Notes: generated from the letters alone by a model not told the origin. Shown: positions 51,495-62,790, counted from the first letter of the stretch. The stretch: DNA of 64,000 bases from an uncultured Microthrixaceae bacterium (GCA_963714875.1 CAVQQI010000010.1:320402-384401), one strand, 5' to 3'. Made by a program: numbers and translations.

Positions 51495-52022
51495 TCAGCC
51501 GTCGGCGTCGGCGTCCTTCTGGATCTCGTCGACGTCGGCCTCGATCTGCTTCTGCTGGACCTTGTCGGCCTGGCGCATCGCTGCTTCGACCTTCGCTCCC
51601 ATGTCGGAGGCGCCCACGACGACGAGCCCGGCCTGTCCGGCGTCGAGTTGCTCACCGAGCTCCTTCAGGTCGCTCCGACTCATTCCCGCCGCTGCGTGAC
51701 CGGCGAGTGCTCCGAGGCCGGCGCCGACGGCGGTGGTGCCAGCAAGCAGGCCGCCACCGATTGCAGCAGCCGGGAACAGCGCGACCACGAGTCCAGTGGC
51801 GAGGCCGAGTGTCCCGCCCCCGACGCCGCCGACCCGGGTCGGGGTCTCGTGCTTCTTGACGATCTTGACCTTGCCGTTGTCCTTGCGTTCGATGACCGCG
51901 GCGTCATAGGCATCGATCAGACCGTCCTGGACGTGGAGGTCGTGCACCGCCTGGTAGTCGGCCCTCGCTGCGTCCACGTTCGGGTACACCCCGACGTATG
52001 CGATGAATGTGTCCATTGCCAT
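51495..52022 (-). CDS. DUF1269-domain membrane protein
   Basis: MAMDTFIAYVGVYPNVDAARADYQAVHDLH...YDAAVIERKDNGKVKI, then Gly-rich TM segments. Confidence 0.55.
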   Translation of the reverse strand: MAMDTFIAYVGVYPNVDAARADYQAVHDLHVQDGLIDAYDAAVIERKDNGKVKIVKKHETPTRVGGVGGGTLGLATGLVVALFPAAAIGGGLLAGTTAVGAGLGALAGHAAAGMSRSDLKELGEQLDAGQAGLVVVGASDMGAKVEAAMRQADKVQQKQIEADVDEIQKDADADG

Positions 52023-52208
52023 GCGTTGTTCTCCTTGTTGGGATTCTGCGTTCTGGGTGTCCGGCGGTCCGGTGATGCAGCCCGGCCGTCGCGAGCAGAG
52101 TGACATCTGCGGCGATGCGACGGAAGCGATGCATCGGGATCGTGCTCAGGCGAGCAAGTCGGCCTTCTGCGCGTCGAACTCCTGGGCCGAGATGACACCC
52201 TGAGACCC

Positions 52209-52616
52209 TCAGCTGGCGTCGGAGATCCGTTGGATGTCACGGCCGTGCGCCGTGAGCGCCCAGATGATGGCAACGTCCAGCGCAATGACGAGGATCCCCC
52301 ACACCGGGTACCAAGGAAGCCACAGGAAGTTGACGACGGCGCTCAGCCCAGCGACCACGACGCCGACGGTTCGTGCTGCGGCGTTGCCGGTGAAGATGCC
52401 GAAGCCCGAGGCCAGGATGATGACGCCGAGGATCAGGTGGATCCAGCCCCATGTCGTGATGTCGAACTTGAAGATCCATTCGGCGCCAACCACGAAGAAC
52501 TCGTCGTTGAAGATTGCGACCAGGCCTGCGCACGCTTGGAAGAACCCGACGACCACCAGCACGACGCCAGCGAACGCCGCATAGCCAGCGGCCCATCCAC
52601 TCGGTTGCTCTGACAC
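52209..52616 (-). CDS. small integral membrane protein (4 TM, Trp-rich)
   Basis: 135 aa with four helices. Confidence 0.5.
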   Translation of the reverse strand: MSEQPSGWAAGYAAFAGVVLVVVGFFQACAGLVAIFNDEFFVVGAEWIFKFDITTWGWIHLILGVIILASGFGIFTGNAAARTVGVVVAGLSAVVNFLWLPWYPVWGILVIALDVAIIWALTAHGRDIQRISDAS

Positions 52617-52816
52617 GTCACTACCTCCTCGCGCTTCGGAACCTCCGTCGCGCTCAACGATGGATCGTAAGGTTGACCCGGCGAGATGGAATCACCCCCG
52701 CCGGGTGATGGAGTTGCGCTGGACTGCGAGGACAGCGCGGATTCATCCTCCCGCTCGCCACGCGCTCGCCCGGACGGCTTCCCGTAGGCTCGGCTGAACG
52801 AACCCTCGATGTGCGA

Positions 52817-55435
52817 TCAGAGCAGGCCGAGCTCGATGGCTCGTTCCACGGCGTCGTCGCGGTCTGTGGCGTCGAGCTTCCGGTAGATGTTGCGCAGATG
52901 CGTCTTGATGGTGTTGGTCGAGACGTAGAGCTCACGGCCAATACCGGCGTTGGACAGTCTGCTCGGGAGGAAATCGAGGACGGCCAGCTCGCGCTCGGTG
53001 AGTGGCTCGATCAGTTGAGCCTGGCCTGACCGTCGCGCCTCGGCGCTCGCTGCCGCGTCGAGCAACGACCTCACGAAGGTCTGGGAGCCGCGTTGTGACG
53101 TCGGCGCGAGGAGACGTAGCAGCGGCGAGTGGTCCAGGAACGGCCGGCGGAGTCCCTCCGCCGCAGCCTCGCTCGCCGCGTGGAGGAGCGCTGCTCGTGC
53201 CTCATCAGGATGCCCCTCCGCGTCCAACACCGCAGCGGTGCGGATGCGGTGTTCGACGACCTCAGTGAGGTTCCGAGAGTCGGGCACCCATCGATCGAGG
53301 TTCCGCCGGGCGGTGTCGACCTCGCGTGTGGCCAGGTCGAGGTCGATCAGCGCTGCTCCCGTCGCCGGTGGCCTCTCGCCTCGCGACATGACCGACTTCG
53401 CCTGGAGCAGATCGCCTTCAGCTATGAGCAACTGGGTGCGGAATGAATCCTCTGCATGTGCAAGGAGCGGACGGCCCGGCACATGCGCGGGGTTGCGAAG
53501 TGCCGCAAGAGCCGCAACGTGCCCGTCCGTGATGGCAGCAAGGCGCGCTGCGAGCAGCCGCTGCAGGTCGTCGAACGTTGCCCCGCGTCCCCGCTGGATA
53601 CGAGCGGCGGACTCGCTCAAGCTCCGGGTTGCGAGTCCGATGTCGTGTCGTTCGAGTCCGACGACGCCCAGCGCAGCGAAGGCGCTCGACGCGGCGACGT
53701 GGTAGGTGACTCCGGCGGCCGCTGCGGCGCTCAACGCGGAAGTCGCCAGGCGATGCGCTTCGTCGAGGTGGCCGAGCCAGGCTTCGATCAGCGCCTGGGC
53801 ACCGAGTGTGTTGAGCCGCCAGATGATGTAGCTCACGCCCGGCAGGTCGGCCACTCGTGCGAGCCGCGCCCGGCTCGACAGAACGTCCTCGTCGAAGAAC
53901 TCTGCCAGCGCGGCCGTGTACTCGGCGATGACCCTGACCGAGTCGCGGCCACCGATGCCGAGGAAGTCGACGATGTCGTCATCGTCGAGCAGAGACAGAG
54001 CTCCCAAGCTCCTTGATGCCGCGCTCATGGTCTCGGCGGTCGGCAGGTCATCGAGCACAAGACACGCATAGAGGGCGTCCGCTGTGGCCCGCGCCCCCGG
54101 AGTGAGGTCCGTTCGCCGTCGCAGTCGACGGTGGGTTTCGGCTGCGTCGACGAACCTGTTGGCCGCGACCTGCGCAGCAAGCAGATTGATGCCGACGGCG
54201 GGCGGAGCATCGGGGAGCCCTCGCTCGATCGCTGAGAGCCACTGCACCAAGGTGGCCGATTCCCCCCGCTCGAAGAGCCCGTGCCCATGTTCGAGCACCA
54301 GCTCGAACGCCGACGAGTGGTCGCCGGCGGACATCAGCTGCTCGATGCCGTCCTCGACGAACCCGTTCGCGCCGAGCCACTCAGCCGCCTGCCGGGACAG
54401 GCGGTGTCCCAGGTGCGGGTCGTCGGCCCGCAAGCGGTTGCGCAGCAGGTCGGCAAAGAGCTGGTGGTAGCGCAGCCGGTTGCCCGCGGGGTCCAGCCGT
54501 GCAACGAAGAGCGACCGTTGCTCCAGGGCTGCGAGCATCTCGCGTGCGTTGCCGTCGCCCGTGACCGCATCGCAGAGGTCAATTGATAGCCAGGGCAGAA
54601 CCGAGGTGTGGAGCAGGAATCGTCGGGTGGCCGGATCCAGGGTGTCGAGCACCTCCTGAGTGAGATACTCGACGATGAGGCGGTCGGAGCCGGAGAACGA
54701 CTCGACGAAGTCGGTCGGATCATCGGTGGACTGCAGCGAGATCGCTGCGAGGCGCAGCCCCGCCGCCCAGCCATCCGTCCGCTCGACGAGCGATTCGGCT
54801 TGTGCTGCGGACAGGCCGGTGCGGCTCGCGGAACTCAGAAGTTCCGTGGCCTCCTCGCAGTCGAACGCCAAGTCGGACGCTCGCACCTCGATCAACCTGC
54901 CCTCCAGCCTCAAGTCGCCCAGCCGGAGCGCCGGATCCCACCGTGCGGCGAGCACCAGGCGCACGTTGTCGGGGAGGCGGCACATGAGATCGCCGAGGTC
55001 GGCGATCAGGGCGCTGTTGGTCAGGACGTGAAGGTCGTCGAGCACCACGACGATGTCGTCGGGTTGCGCCCGCAGCTCTGCGAGGAGCCCTTCGATGAAC
55101 GGTTCCCCCAGCTTGCTGCCGCCGGTCGCTCGGAGCTCGGCGAGCTTGGCCGTGATCGGCTGCGGTGCCCGGGCGAGCGCGATCAGCAGCGCCTGGACGA
55201 ATGCCGCCGAGTCGTTGTGGCGGCTGGAGAGTGCCACGGTGCACACGCACAGGTCGGGTCGGGATTCCGCCCATTGCCCCAGCAGCACCGACTTGCCGGA
55301 ACCGGCCGAGGCCACCACGAGGCCGATTCCGCCCCGCTGAACCGCGTCGAGTTGCCGCTCCAAGCGCGGCCGACCGACGAACGATATGGGTGCGCCCGGC
55401 ACCCGATCTCGCAGATTTCCAGACGCACCTTCCAC
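52817..55435 (-). CDS. LAL-subfamily LuxR regulator (N-terminal AAA/NACHT P-loop + TPR-like + C-terminal LuxR HTH)
   Basis: Walker A GLVVASAGSGKSVLLGQW. C-terminus LTERELAVLDFLPSRLSNAGIGRELYVSTNTIKTHLRNIYRKL. 872 aa. Confidence 0.85.
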   Translation of the reverse strand: MEGASGNLRDRVPGAPISFVGRPRLERQLDAVQRGGIGLVVASAGSGKSVLLGQWAESRPDLCVCTVALSSRHNDSAAFVQALLIALARAPQPITAKLAELRATGGSKLGEPFIEGLLAELRAQPDDIVVVLDDLHVLTNSALIADLGDLMCRLPDNVRLVLAARWDPALRLGDLRLEGRLIEVRASDLAFDCEEATELLSSASRTGLSAAQAESLVERTDGWAAGLRLAAISLQSTDDPTDFVESFSGSDRLIVEYLTQEVLDTLDPATRRFLLHTSVLPWLSIDLCDAVTGDGNAREMLAALEQRSLFVARLDPAGNRLRYHQLFADLLRNRLRADDPHLGHRLSRQAAEWLGANGFVEDGIEQLMSAGDHSSAFELVLEHGHGLFERGESATLVQWLSAIERGLPDAPPAVGINLLAAQVAANRFVDAAETHRRLRRRTDLTPGARATADALYACLVLDDLPTAETMSAASRSLGALSLLDDDDIVDFLGIGGRDSVRVIAEYTAALAEFFDEDVLSSRARLARVADLPGVSYIIWRLNTLGAQALIEAWLGHLDEAHRLATSALSAAAAAGVTYHVAASSAFAALGVVGLERHDIGLATRSLSESAARIQRGRGATFDDLQRLLAARLAAITDGHVAALAALRNPAHVPGRPLLAHAEDSFRTQLLIAEGDLLQAKSVMSRGERPPATGAALIDLDLATREVDTARRNLDRWVPDSRNLTEVVEHRIRTAAVLDAEGHPDEARAALLHAASEAAAEGLRRPFLDHSPLLRLLAPTSQRGSQTFVRSLLDAAASAEARRSGQAQLIEPLTERELAVLDFLPSRLSNAGIGRELYVSTNTIKTHLRNIYRKLDATDRDDAVERAIELGLL

Positions 55436-55520
55436 CGTGACAGGTTGCCATGACCGGTGTCGGACCCAAGAAGTCAGCGGAGCTCAGACCGTCGGTGCCG
55501 ATTCTCTCCTGCTCGACCGC

Positions 55521-55739
55521 TCAACCGGAGGACTCGTCGCCGAGCCTCCGGACCTCGAGTAGTTCGACGTGGAAGTCCTGCAACCGGTGCAGTGCCCCGT
55601 GCAGCGCCGCCTCGTCCGGGAGCGCTCCCACCAGCCGCGACCGGTCGGGAAGGGACGGCTGGACTTCGAACCCCTCGAACTCGCCGAGCAACATCTCGCC
55701 AGCGGGACCCGCGATGACAATCTCGTAGCGAATGGACAT
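55521..55739 (-). CDS. hypothetical small protein (72 aa)
   Basis: ORF with good GC3 bias, 86 nt upstream of the LAL gene. Confidence 0.3.
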   Translation of the reverse strand: MSIRYEIVIAGPAGEMLLGEFEGFEVQPSLPDRSRLVGALPDEAALHGALHRLQDFHVELLEVRRLGDESSG

Positions 55740-56072
55740 GGGTCACAGCATGTTCGACCCACCTCGCGTACCCCTCACCCGCGCCGGGTGATTCCTCGGC
55801 GAGATCGCTCGGTCTCGGCAGGGTCCGCTTCGGTCGTATGGGGCAAGCGGCTCCACCTAGGTCGGCCGCTTCCACTCGGCGACCGCTGATGCGAGGTCCC
55901 TGTCGTCGGTGTTCACCCTGCGCGGGTGATGCAGCGTCGCCCGGCAACTCCCATACTCGATGGCGCGTCCCAACATTCGTCGAGAGTCCTGAGGAGCCGT
56001 TCTGATGACCCGGAACAGCCAGATTCAGCAGGAGCAGGCGGGGGATGCGAGAAGCCGACGATTGGATGCCGT

Positions 56073-56531
56073 ATGACCAATGACCCGCTCGACGAACTGG
56101 GACCGGTCGACTTCGTCATCATCGAATTCCCCGCCGGTGAGGCGAACTTCACCGGCGAGGCGGCGGCAGAACTCGCGGCGCTGATCGAGGCGGGCACCAT
56201 CCGCCTTGTCGACCTGCTCATCCTCACCAAGGACGACGATGGGAACGTCGACGCGGTGGAGCTGGCCGATCTCGACGACCTGGGCCCGTTCGAGGCACTC
56301 GAAGCAGAGCTCGCCGAGTTCCTGGCCGAGGATGACGTCGAGCACCTGGCCGCGGCCATGGAACCCGGCTCGGTCGCCGGTGTGATCGTCTACGAGAACC
56401 TCTGGGTGGCGCCGTTCGCGTCCGCTGCTCGCCGCGCCGGAGGACAGCTGATCGCCAACGGTCGCATCCCGGCCCAAGCCATCATCGCAGCCATCGAGGC
56501 GGACGAAGCACTCGAAGCGCAAGGAGCCTGA
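56073..56531 (+). CDS. DUF1269-like soluble protein (acidic, Ala/Glu-rich C-terminus)
   Basis: MTNDPLDELGPVDFVIIEFPAG...GTIRLVDLLILTKDDDGNVDAVEL resembles the DUF1269 N-terminal fold. Confidence 0.5.
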   Translation: MTNDPLDELGPVDFVIIEFPAGEANFTGEAAAELAALIEAGTIRLVDLLILTKDDDGNVDAVELADLDDLGPFEALEAELAEFLAEDDVEHLAAAMEPGSVAGVIVYENLWVAPFASAARRAGGQLIANGRIPAQAIIAAIEADEALEAQGA

Positions 56532-56726
56532 TATGCCAGTACGACCAGGACGAAGGGGACGAGCAGGAGTCGTCGGCGCTCCCGTTGCCAAGGCTGCCGT
56601 CGTCACCAAGGCCGTCACCCCGGGACCCTCACCCGTCGCGAAGGCCGCTGTCGTGGGCGCCGCCGTCACGCCGGGACGCGGTCGCCGGCGGCGTCGGATC
56701 TGACAGTTGCCCGGAGGGATATCGCG

Positions 56727-57233
56727 ATGGTGAAGCCAACCCCAAGTGGCGAGGTCTCCGAGGCCCGCCAGACCCAGCTCGGGCTCTACGTCACCTCCGG
56801 CGAGGCCCTCGGTCTGCTGAGCTCGGACGAGGGAGCCCGCTTGCTCGACGTCCGCTGCCCGCAGGAGTACGTGTTCGTCGGCCACGCTGAGGTGGCGGTC
56901 AACATCCCGCTGGCCACCGTCGCCGACGAGGTCGACCCCGCGACCGGTTCGTTGCGGTGGGTGCCCAACCCTCAGTTCGTCGAGCAGGTCTCCGACTGGG
57001 CGGACAAGGGCGACCTCATCCTCGTCACCTGCCGTTCCGGTGGCCGTAGCGCGATGGCGGTCAACGCGCTCGCCGGTGCCGGGTTCACGAACGCCTACAA
57101 CATCATCGACGGCTTCGAGGGTGACAAGGTCGACGACCCCACGAGTCCTGATCACGGCAAGCGACGCTGCAACGGCTGGAAGAACTCGGGCCTTCCATGG
57201 ACCTACGCCGTTGACCCCTCTCGCATGCGCTAG
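56727..57233 (+). CDS. rhodanese-like sulfurtransferase domain protein
   Basis: Active-site loop VTCRSGGRSAMAV with the catalytic Cys. Rhodanese fold. GGAGGG RBS upstream. Confidence 0.85.
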   Translation: MVKPTPSGEVSEARQTQLGLYVTSGEALGLLSSDEGARLLDVRCPQEYVFVGHAEVAVNIPLATVADEVDPATGSLRWVPNPQFVEQVSDWADKGDLILVTCRSGGRSAMAVNALAGAGFTNAYNIIDGFEGDKVDDPTSPDHGKRRCNGWKNSGLPWTYAVDPSRMR

Positions 57234-57287
57234 CGGCAGCACTAGCGGCCCACCCACGACCCCATCAACGCCAGGAGAACATCCCCG

Positions 57288-58451
57288 ATGACCGAACAGC
57301 GAGTATCGACCACCGTTCCACTGGACTGGAACGAAGTGTGGTTCACAAATTGCCCGATGGTGTCGGCGAACAACGTCGACCAGGAATTGGGGTGGTGTCG
57401 TGAGGAGTTCAAGAAGATCGGGGTCGAGTACGCCTACTTCCGCCACGCACCCGAGAACAACTGGTACCCGCACTACATCCACAACCTCGACAACCTGATC
57501 CGTTTCGGCGGTCTCTACCCGCCGATCCACGTCCACGCGGACCTCCGCCGCACCGTCCTGCTCGGGGCGACGTGGGTGCACGAAGGCGGATGCATGGCCG
57601 TGCGTGCACGGGACGGAATCCACCGCATGGAGCACCTGCGCGGGAAGAAGGTCGGCATCTCGAAGAGCCTGAACACCATCAAGAACGACTGGTGGCGGAT
57701 CCAGGAGCACATGGGCATCGAGAACATGCTCATGCTGAATGACATGACGATGGACGACATCGAGCTGGTCGAGTTCCCCTATGCGGACGACTGGTACGAC
57801 AAGCCCGAGATGCTCACGCCGCCGATGAACAACCCCTCAGAGCTGTGGATGCGACGCGACCACAAGCACGACCTGGCGTTTCGACCCCTCGAGAACGCCC
57901 TGCTCGGCGGAGTTGTTGACGCCATCTACACGCAGAGCAAGCCCTTCCAGCACCTCCAGGAGGCGACTGGCAAGATCACGATGATCGAGGACCTCTCCAG
58001 GCTTGCCGACTGGACCATCCAGGTCGCCAACACGCCCGCCGTCATCACCTGCACCCAGGAGATGGCCGACGAGCACCCCGAGCTCGTCCTCGCCTACATG
58101 CGGGCGATGGTGAAGGTCGGCAGGTGGGCCAACGAGCACAAGCGCGCAGCGGGCGCGATCCTCAACCGCCAGACGTTCTACCTCGACGCCGAGGACACCT
58201 ACCAGGGCATCAAGCACGTCGACATGGTCCCGAGCCTCAATGCGCAGAACATCGAGACCGTCAAGATCGGCAAGGACTTCATGGTCAGCCACGGCTACAT
58301 CAAGAACGACTTCGACGTCGACGAATGGGCCCGACCAGAGTTCCTCGAGCAGGCCTCCAAGCAGGTCCTCGAAGAAGAGTGGGAGCGTCGCAGTTGGAGC
58401 AAGCTGCCCGAAGGCGGCGCGCTCGAAGCCGAAGCCGTGCGGCTCGGTTGA
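57288..58451 (+). CDS. DszB-like (2'-hydroxybiphenyl-2-sulfinate desulfinase) / SsuA-NMT1-type periplasmic-binding-fold protein, apparently cytoplasmic
   Basis: N-terminus VWFTNCPMVSANNV aligns with the DszB catalytic-Cys region (SNCPVPNALL). C-terminus WARPEFLEQASKQ aligns with WAAPEFLNNSLNR. No signal peptide. GC is visibly lower than surrounding genes. Confidence 0.7.
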   Translation: MTEQRVSTTVPLDWNEVWFTNCPMVSANNVDQELGWCREEFKKIGVEYAYFRHAPENNWYPHYIHNLDNLIRFGGLYPPIHVHADLRRTVLLGATWVHEGGCMAVRARDGIHRMEHLRGKKVGISKSLNTIKNDWWRIQEHMGIENMLMLNDMTMDDIELVEFPYADDWYDKPEMLTPPMNNPSELWMRRDHKHDLAFRPLENALLGGVVDAIYTQSKPFQHLQEATGKITMIEDLSRLADWTIQVANTPAVITCTQEMADEHPELVLAYMRAMVKVGRWANEHKRAAGAILNRQTFYLDAEDTYQGIKHVDMVPSLNAQNIETVKIGKDFMVSHGYIKNDFDVDEWARPEFLEQASKQVLEEEWERRSWSKLPEGGALEAEAVRLG

Positions 58452-58970
58452 CCCGCCACCCCGTGGTCCGGCGCGATGTACGCCCGCGCCGGATCACCAG
58501 CGGCCGCTGCTCGCCAAGCCCAACGCGAAGGGCCACCGTCTGTTGCGTCATCCTCGATCATGGCCCGCCCGGTGCTTCAGCGGAGGCCGGTCCCGCCGGG
58601 TGAGGCCGCGGAAATCTGGCGCCGCGCGCAGGAAAGCGATTCCGCTGGGGGATCGCGGGTGCCCTCAAGGTGCCGGCAGGGGCTCCCCGCGACCGTCGAC
58701 GTTCGCCGGGAGCCTTGACCGGCCGGTCTCGCTCGGCAGCGCGATTCGGCGGTCCTCAGCTGGTGATGCGCGATGGCGACGCGGGGTTGACCGCGCTCGA
58801 GTGAAGCCCACAGAGATGCACCGGGGTGACCGGGACTCTGACCACGCGCTCGACCGGTGTCTCGACCGCACCGATTTCTCCGCTCGGCGTGTCGTTGACT
58901 TGCGCTTAGGAGGGTGTGGAACGAGCGAGCGTCAGCACGCAGGGTGCGGCCGTCGGTGGGGGCTGCTCGT

Positions 58971-61614
58971 GTTGAGCGTGCACCGGTTGGGGGCCGGGTC
59001 GGAGGGCTACTACCTGGACCAGGTCGTGGCCGGGGTGGAGGACTACTACGCCGGCGCGGGCGAGGCGCCGGGTGAGTGGCTCGCCTCGTCCGCGCTGCTG
59101 GGTCTCGAGGGCCGGGTTGATCCGGATGATCTGCGGGCGGTGCTGCTCGGTGTGGATCCCGGTTCGGGCGACGGGTTGCATCACGGGTCGGGTCGGTCAG
59201 TGCCGGGTTGGGATCTGACGTTCCGTGCGCCGAAGTCCGTCAGCGTCCTGTGGGGCCTCGCTGACCCGGAGATCGCGGACGTGGTCGTGGCGGCGCATGA
59301 GGCGGCGATGCAGGTCGGGCTCCGCTACGTCGAGGAGTGGGCGGGGTTCACCCGCACCGGCCGAGGCGGCGCAACCCGGGTCCGCGGCGGACGGGCTTGA
59401 TCGCGGCGGGGTTCCGGCATCGCACCTCGCGTGACGGCGACCCGCACCTGCACACTCATGTGCTGGTGGCGAACTCGGTGCGCACGCCGGACGGGCGGTG
59501 GCGGACGTTGGATGGCCGCGGGTTGCTGGTGCACATGAAGACCGCCGGCTACGTCTACGACGCGCAGCTGCGCCACGAGCTGACCGAACGCCTCGGCGTC
59601 GAGTGGGGCCCGGTCGTCAACGGGCTCGCCGATATCGAGGGCATCGACGCCGAGGTGCGCGAGCTGTTCTCGAAACGACGCAGCGCGATCGAGGACCGCA
59701 TGGCCGAATGGGGGCTCACCTCCGCGAGAGCAGCGGAGGTCTCCGCGCTCGACACCCGCCAGGCCAAGACCGGCCGGGTGGAGCACACAGACGAGCTGCG
59801 CGACCGGTGGCGCACCGAGGCCGCCGAGATCGGCTGGACCCAACGGGATCTGCTCGGAGCGTGCCCGGCCGTGTTGACCGGTCAACACCACTCGACCGCG
59901 GCCGCGTTCACCGGTCAACGCCACTCGACTGCTGGCGCGTTCGACCGGTCAACGCCACCGAGGGGCTGGCGGTCACGGGTGACCAGGCGCTGATCCGTCC
60001 GGTCAACACGGGGCTGAGGTGCCGTGGTCAGGGGTGACCAGCCGTCTGACCACCTCGTCGACGCTGCGTTCGAGGAGATGTCGTCACCGGTCGGGTTGAC
60101 GGCGCACGCGTCGAGCTTCGACCGCCGCCACGTCATCCAGCATCTCGTCGACCACCTCCCACCAGGACCGCCCGCCGAATGGTTCGAAGCGACCGCGGAT
60201 CGGTATCTCGAACGTGTCGAGGTCGTCGCGCTCGGATCGGATCCGGTGAAGGGCGAGTGCTACTCGACCGTCGATCTGCTCGCGCTCGAACGACGCCTCG
60301 CCGACCAGGTCGCTGACCCGCGGTTGGGGGAGCGGTCACCGGAGGTGATGCCCTCGATCGTCTGGTCGGTGTTCGAGGAACGACCGTCACTGTCGGGCGA
60401 GCAACGGGACCTGATCGGCGACGTGTGCCGCAGCACCGACGCGGTGAGCGTGGTCGTCGCCGGGCCGGGGACCGGCAAGACGTTCTGTCTCGACGCGATC
60501 CGCGACACGTTCCAACGCAGCGGGTACACGACGATCGGCTGCGCCCTGTCCGCCTCCGCGGCGCATGAGCTCGAGCAGGGCTCGGGGATCGAGTCGATGA
60601 CGATCGCCCGGCTCCGAGGTCAGCTCGATACAGGCGAGCGGAAGCTCCGGGCCCGCAGCGTGCTCGTGGTCGACGAAGCGGGCATGGTCGGCACCCGAGC
60701 CCTCGCGCCGCTGCTCGACCACGCAGCGACCGCGGGAGCGAAGGTGATCCTCGTCGGTGACCCGAAGCAGCTACCGGAGATCGAAGCCGGCGGCTTCCTC
60801 CGCCACCTCGCCCAACACCACGAGGTGTCACTCGCTCACCGAGAACCGCCGTCAACGCGTCGGCTGGGAACGCGACACGATCAGCGACCTCGCCCACGGC
60901 CGAGTCGACGCAGCGCTCGAACGTATGACCGCGAACGACGGTGTCGTGGTCGGACACAACGCCGACCTGGTCCGACAACGCATGACCGACGACTGGTTCC
61001 GTCCACCGCAGCAGCGGGGCGTCTGCGGTGATGATGGCGAGCCGTAACAGCGACGTCGATGACCTCAACCGGCGAGCCCATCAGCTCATGGCCGACCACG
61101 GCCACCTCCACGGCGAGGCGCTCCACCTCGATGGCCGGCCGTTCCAGATCGGCGACCGCGTGGTGTGCCTGCGCAACGACCGGCGACTCGGCGTGCGCAA
61201 CGGCACCGTCGGCGACATCACCCACATCGACCACCAGCACCGCACCCTCACCATCGACACCCCCGACGGGACACGGCGGCGTACCGGGCGAGTACCTCGA
61301 CGATCGGGCATGTCCGTCATGGCTACGCCGTCACCATCCACAAAGCCCAAGGCATCACGTGTGACCACGCGCTGCTGCTCGGCAGCGACGAGCTCTACCG
61401 AGAGTCCGGCTACGTCGGACTCTCCCGCGGCCGCGAATCGAACCGGATCTACGCCGTCTCCACAGCACCCGACCCCGAAGCCCACATCCCCAAGCACCTC
61501 CGCACCGAACGTGAACCGCTCGACGTGCTCACCCACGCACTCGAACAAACACGAGCCCAGAAGCTCGGCATCGACCACGACGCCGAGCCCGATCTCGGGG
61601 CAGGTCTGTAAGGC
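58971..61614 (+). CDS. MobF/TrwC-TraA-type conjugative relaxase with C-terminal RecD-like helicase (multiple frame interruptions)
   Basis: N-terminus VLSVHRLGAGSEGYYLDQV...WDLTFRAPKSVSVLW. HxH motif DPHLHTHVLVANS. Helicase Walker A VVVAGPGTGKTF, then VLVVDEAGMV...ILVGDPKQLP. C-terminus ...GYAVTIHKAQGITCDHALLL. Pieces lie in frames 58240, 59337, 60024, 60757, 61028 and 61165. Confidence 0.7.
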
Positions 61615-61636
61615 GGTGCCGACCGCCCTCGGATCG

Positions 61637-62790
61637 TCAGCCGGGCCGTGGACGGTCGCCGTGCCACACGCGGTCGCCGATGACATCGGCGGATCGGGCA
61701 TCTGACTCCTGGACCCAGTGGGCGTAGATGTTCGTCGTCGTCGACGGGTTGCGGTGGCCGACGCGGCCGGAGACGCTGCGCAGTGGTACGCCGGCGTCGA
61801 GCAGCTGGGTGACCTGGAGGTGGCGCAGCCCGTGAAGGTGGATCCAGCTCGGCAGGTCCATCCGGTCGCGCAATCGGCTGAACGCCCTCGTCGCGCTCGA
61901 CGGGTGCAGCGGCTGGAGGCCGCCCGGTTCAGGTGCGAGCACGTACGCGTCGTCGCTCAGCTCGATGTCGCACAGTGCGCACGCTTTGGCGTGACGTTCC
62001 AGGTGGTCGAGCAACCAGTCGAGCGCGAACGACGACAGCGTGACCGTTCGGTGCTGGTGGGTCTTGGTGTCTTTCTCGTAGACGACGTTCGTCTCACCGA
62101 TCGCCGCCTCGATCCGAACCGTGCCTGCGTCTCCGTCGACGTGCCGCCAACGGAGCGCGCACAGCTCGCCGCGGCGCGCTCCTGTGTCGGCAGCGAGCAC
62201 CATCAGTGTCGCGAGCGTCGGGTTCACCTTCGACGCTTCGTCGATCATCGCCCGTGCCATGTTGATCGGCACCGGCTTCGGGTTCGAGGTGTGCTGTCGG
62301 GGCGGACGCGCGTCTCGACCGACGTTGACCGCGACCCAGCCCCAGCGCTTCGCCTGGTCGAGCACCCGGCACAACAGGATGTGACAGCCCCGCACGGTCG
62401 AGCGCGAGTAGCCCGGCCTCGACCAGCGCGCCGTAGAAGCGGTCGAGGTGCTCGGCGGTCAGGTGCGACAGCCGACGGGACCCGAGCGCCGGGAGCACGT
62501 GGCACTCGGCCGAGGTGCGGTAGCACGCGCAGCGTCGTCGGCTCGAGCCCCTCGAGCTCGGCCTGGCGCAGTCCTGCCTCGACGGCGTGCGCGACCGTGC
62601 GCTGTCCGACCGACACCTGGCCACGTGCGGACTTCGTGATCAGCTCGGCCAACGCGATGTCGGCCTCGCGGGAGGTGCCGTGGAAGGTCACCGACTTCTG
62701 TTGACGCTTGCGCGTCAACGGGTCCTCACCTGCGTCGACGCGCAGCTCCCAGGTCCCCGGAACTCGTCCCTTGCGCTTGTTGCCCTTCAT
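61637..62790 (-). CDS. tyrosine-type site-specific integrase (phage-integrase family), two frame interruptions
   Basis: N-terminus MKGNKRKGRVPGTWELRVDAG... The catalytic domain holds ...ARRGELCALRWRHVD...HGLRHLQVTQLL...IYAHW with the R..HxxR..Y catalytic residues. Adjacent to tRNA-Thr. Confidence 0.8.
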
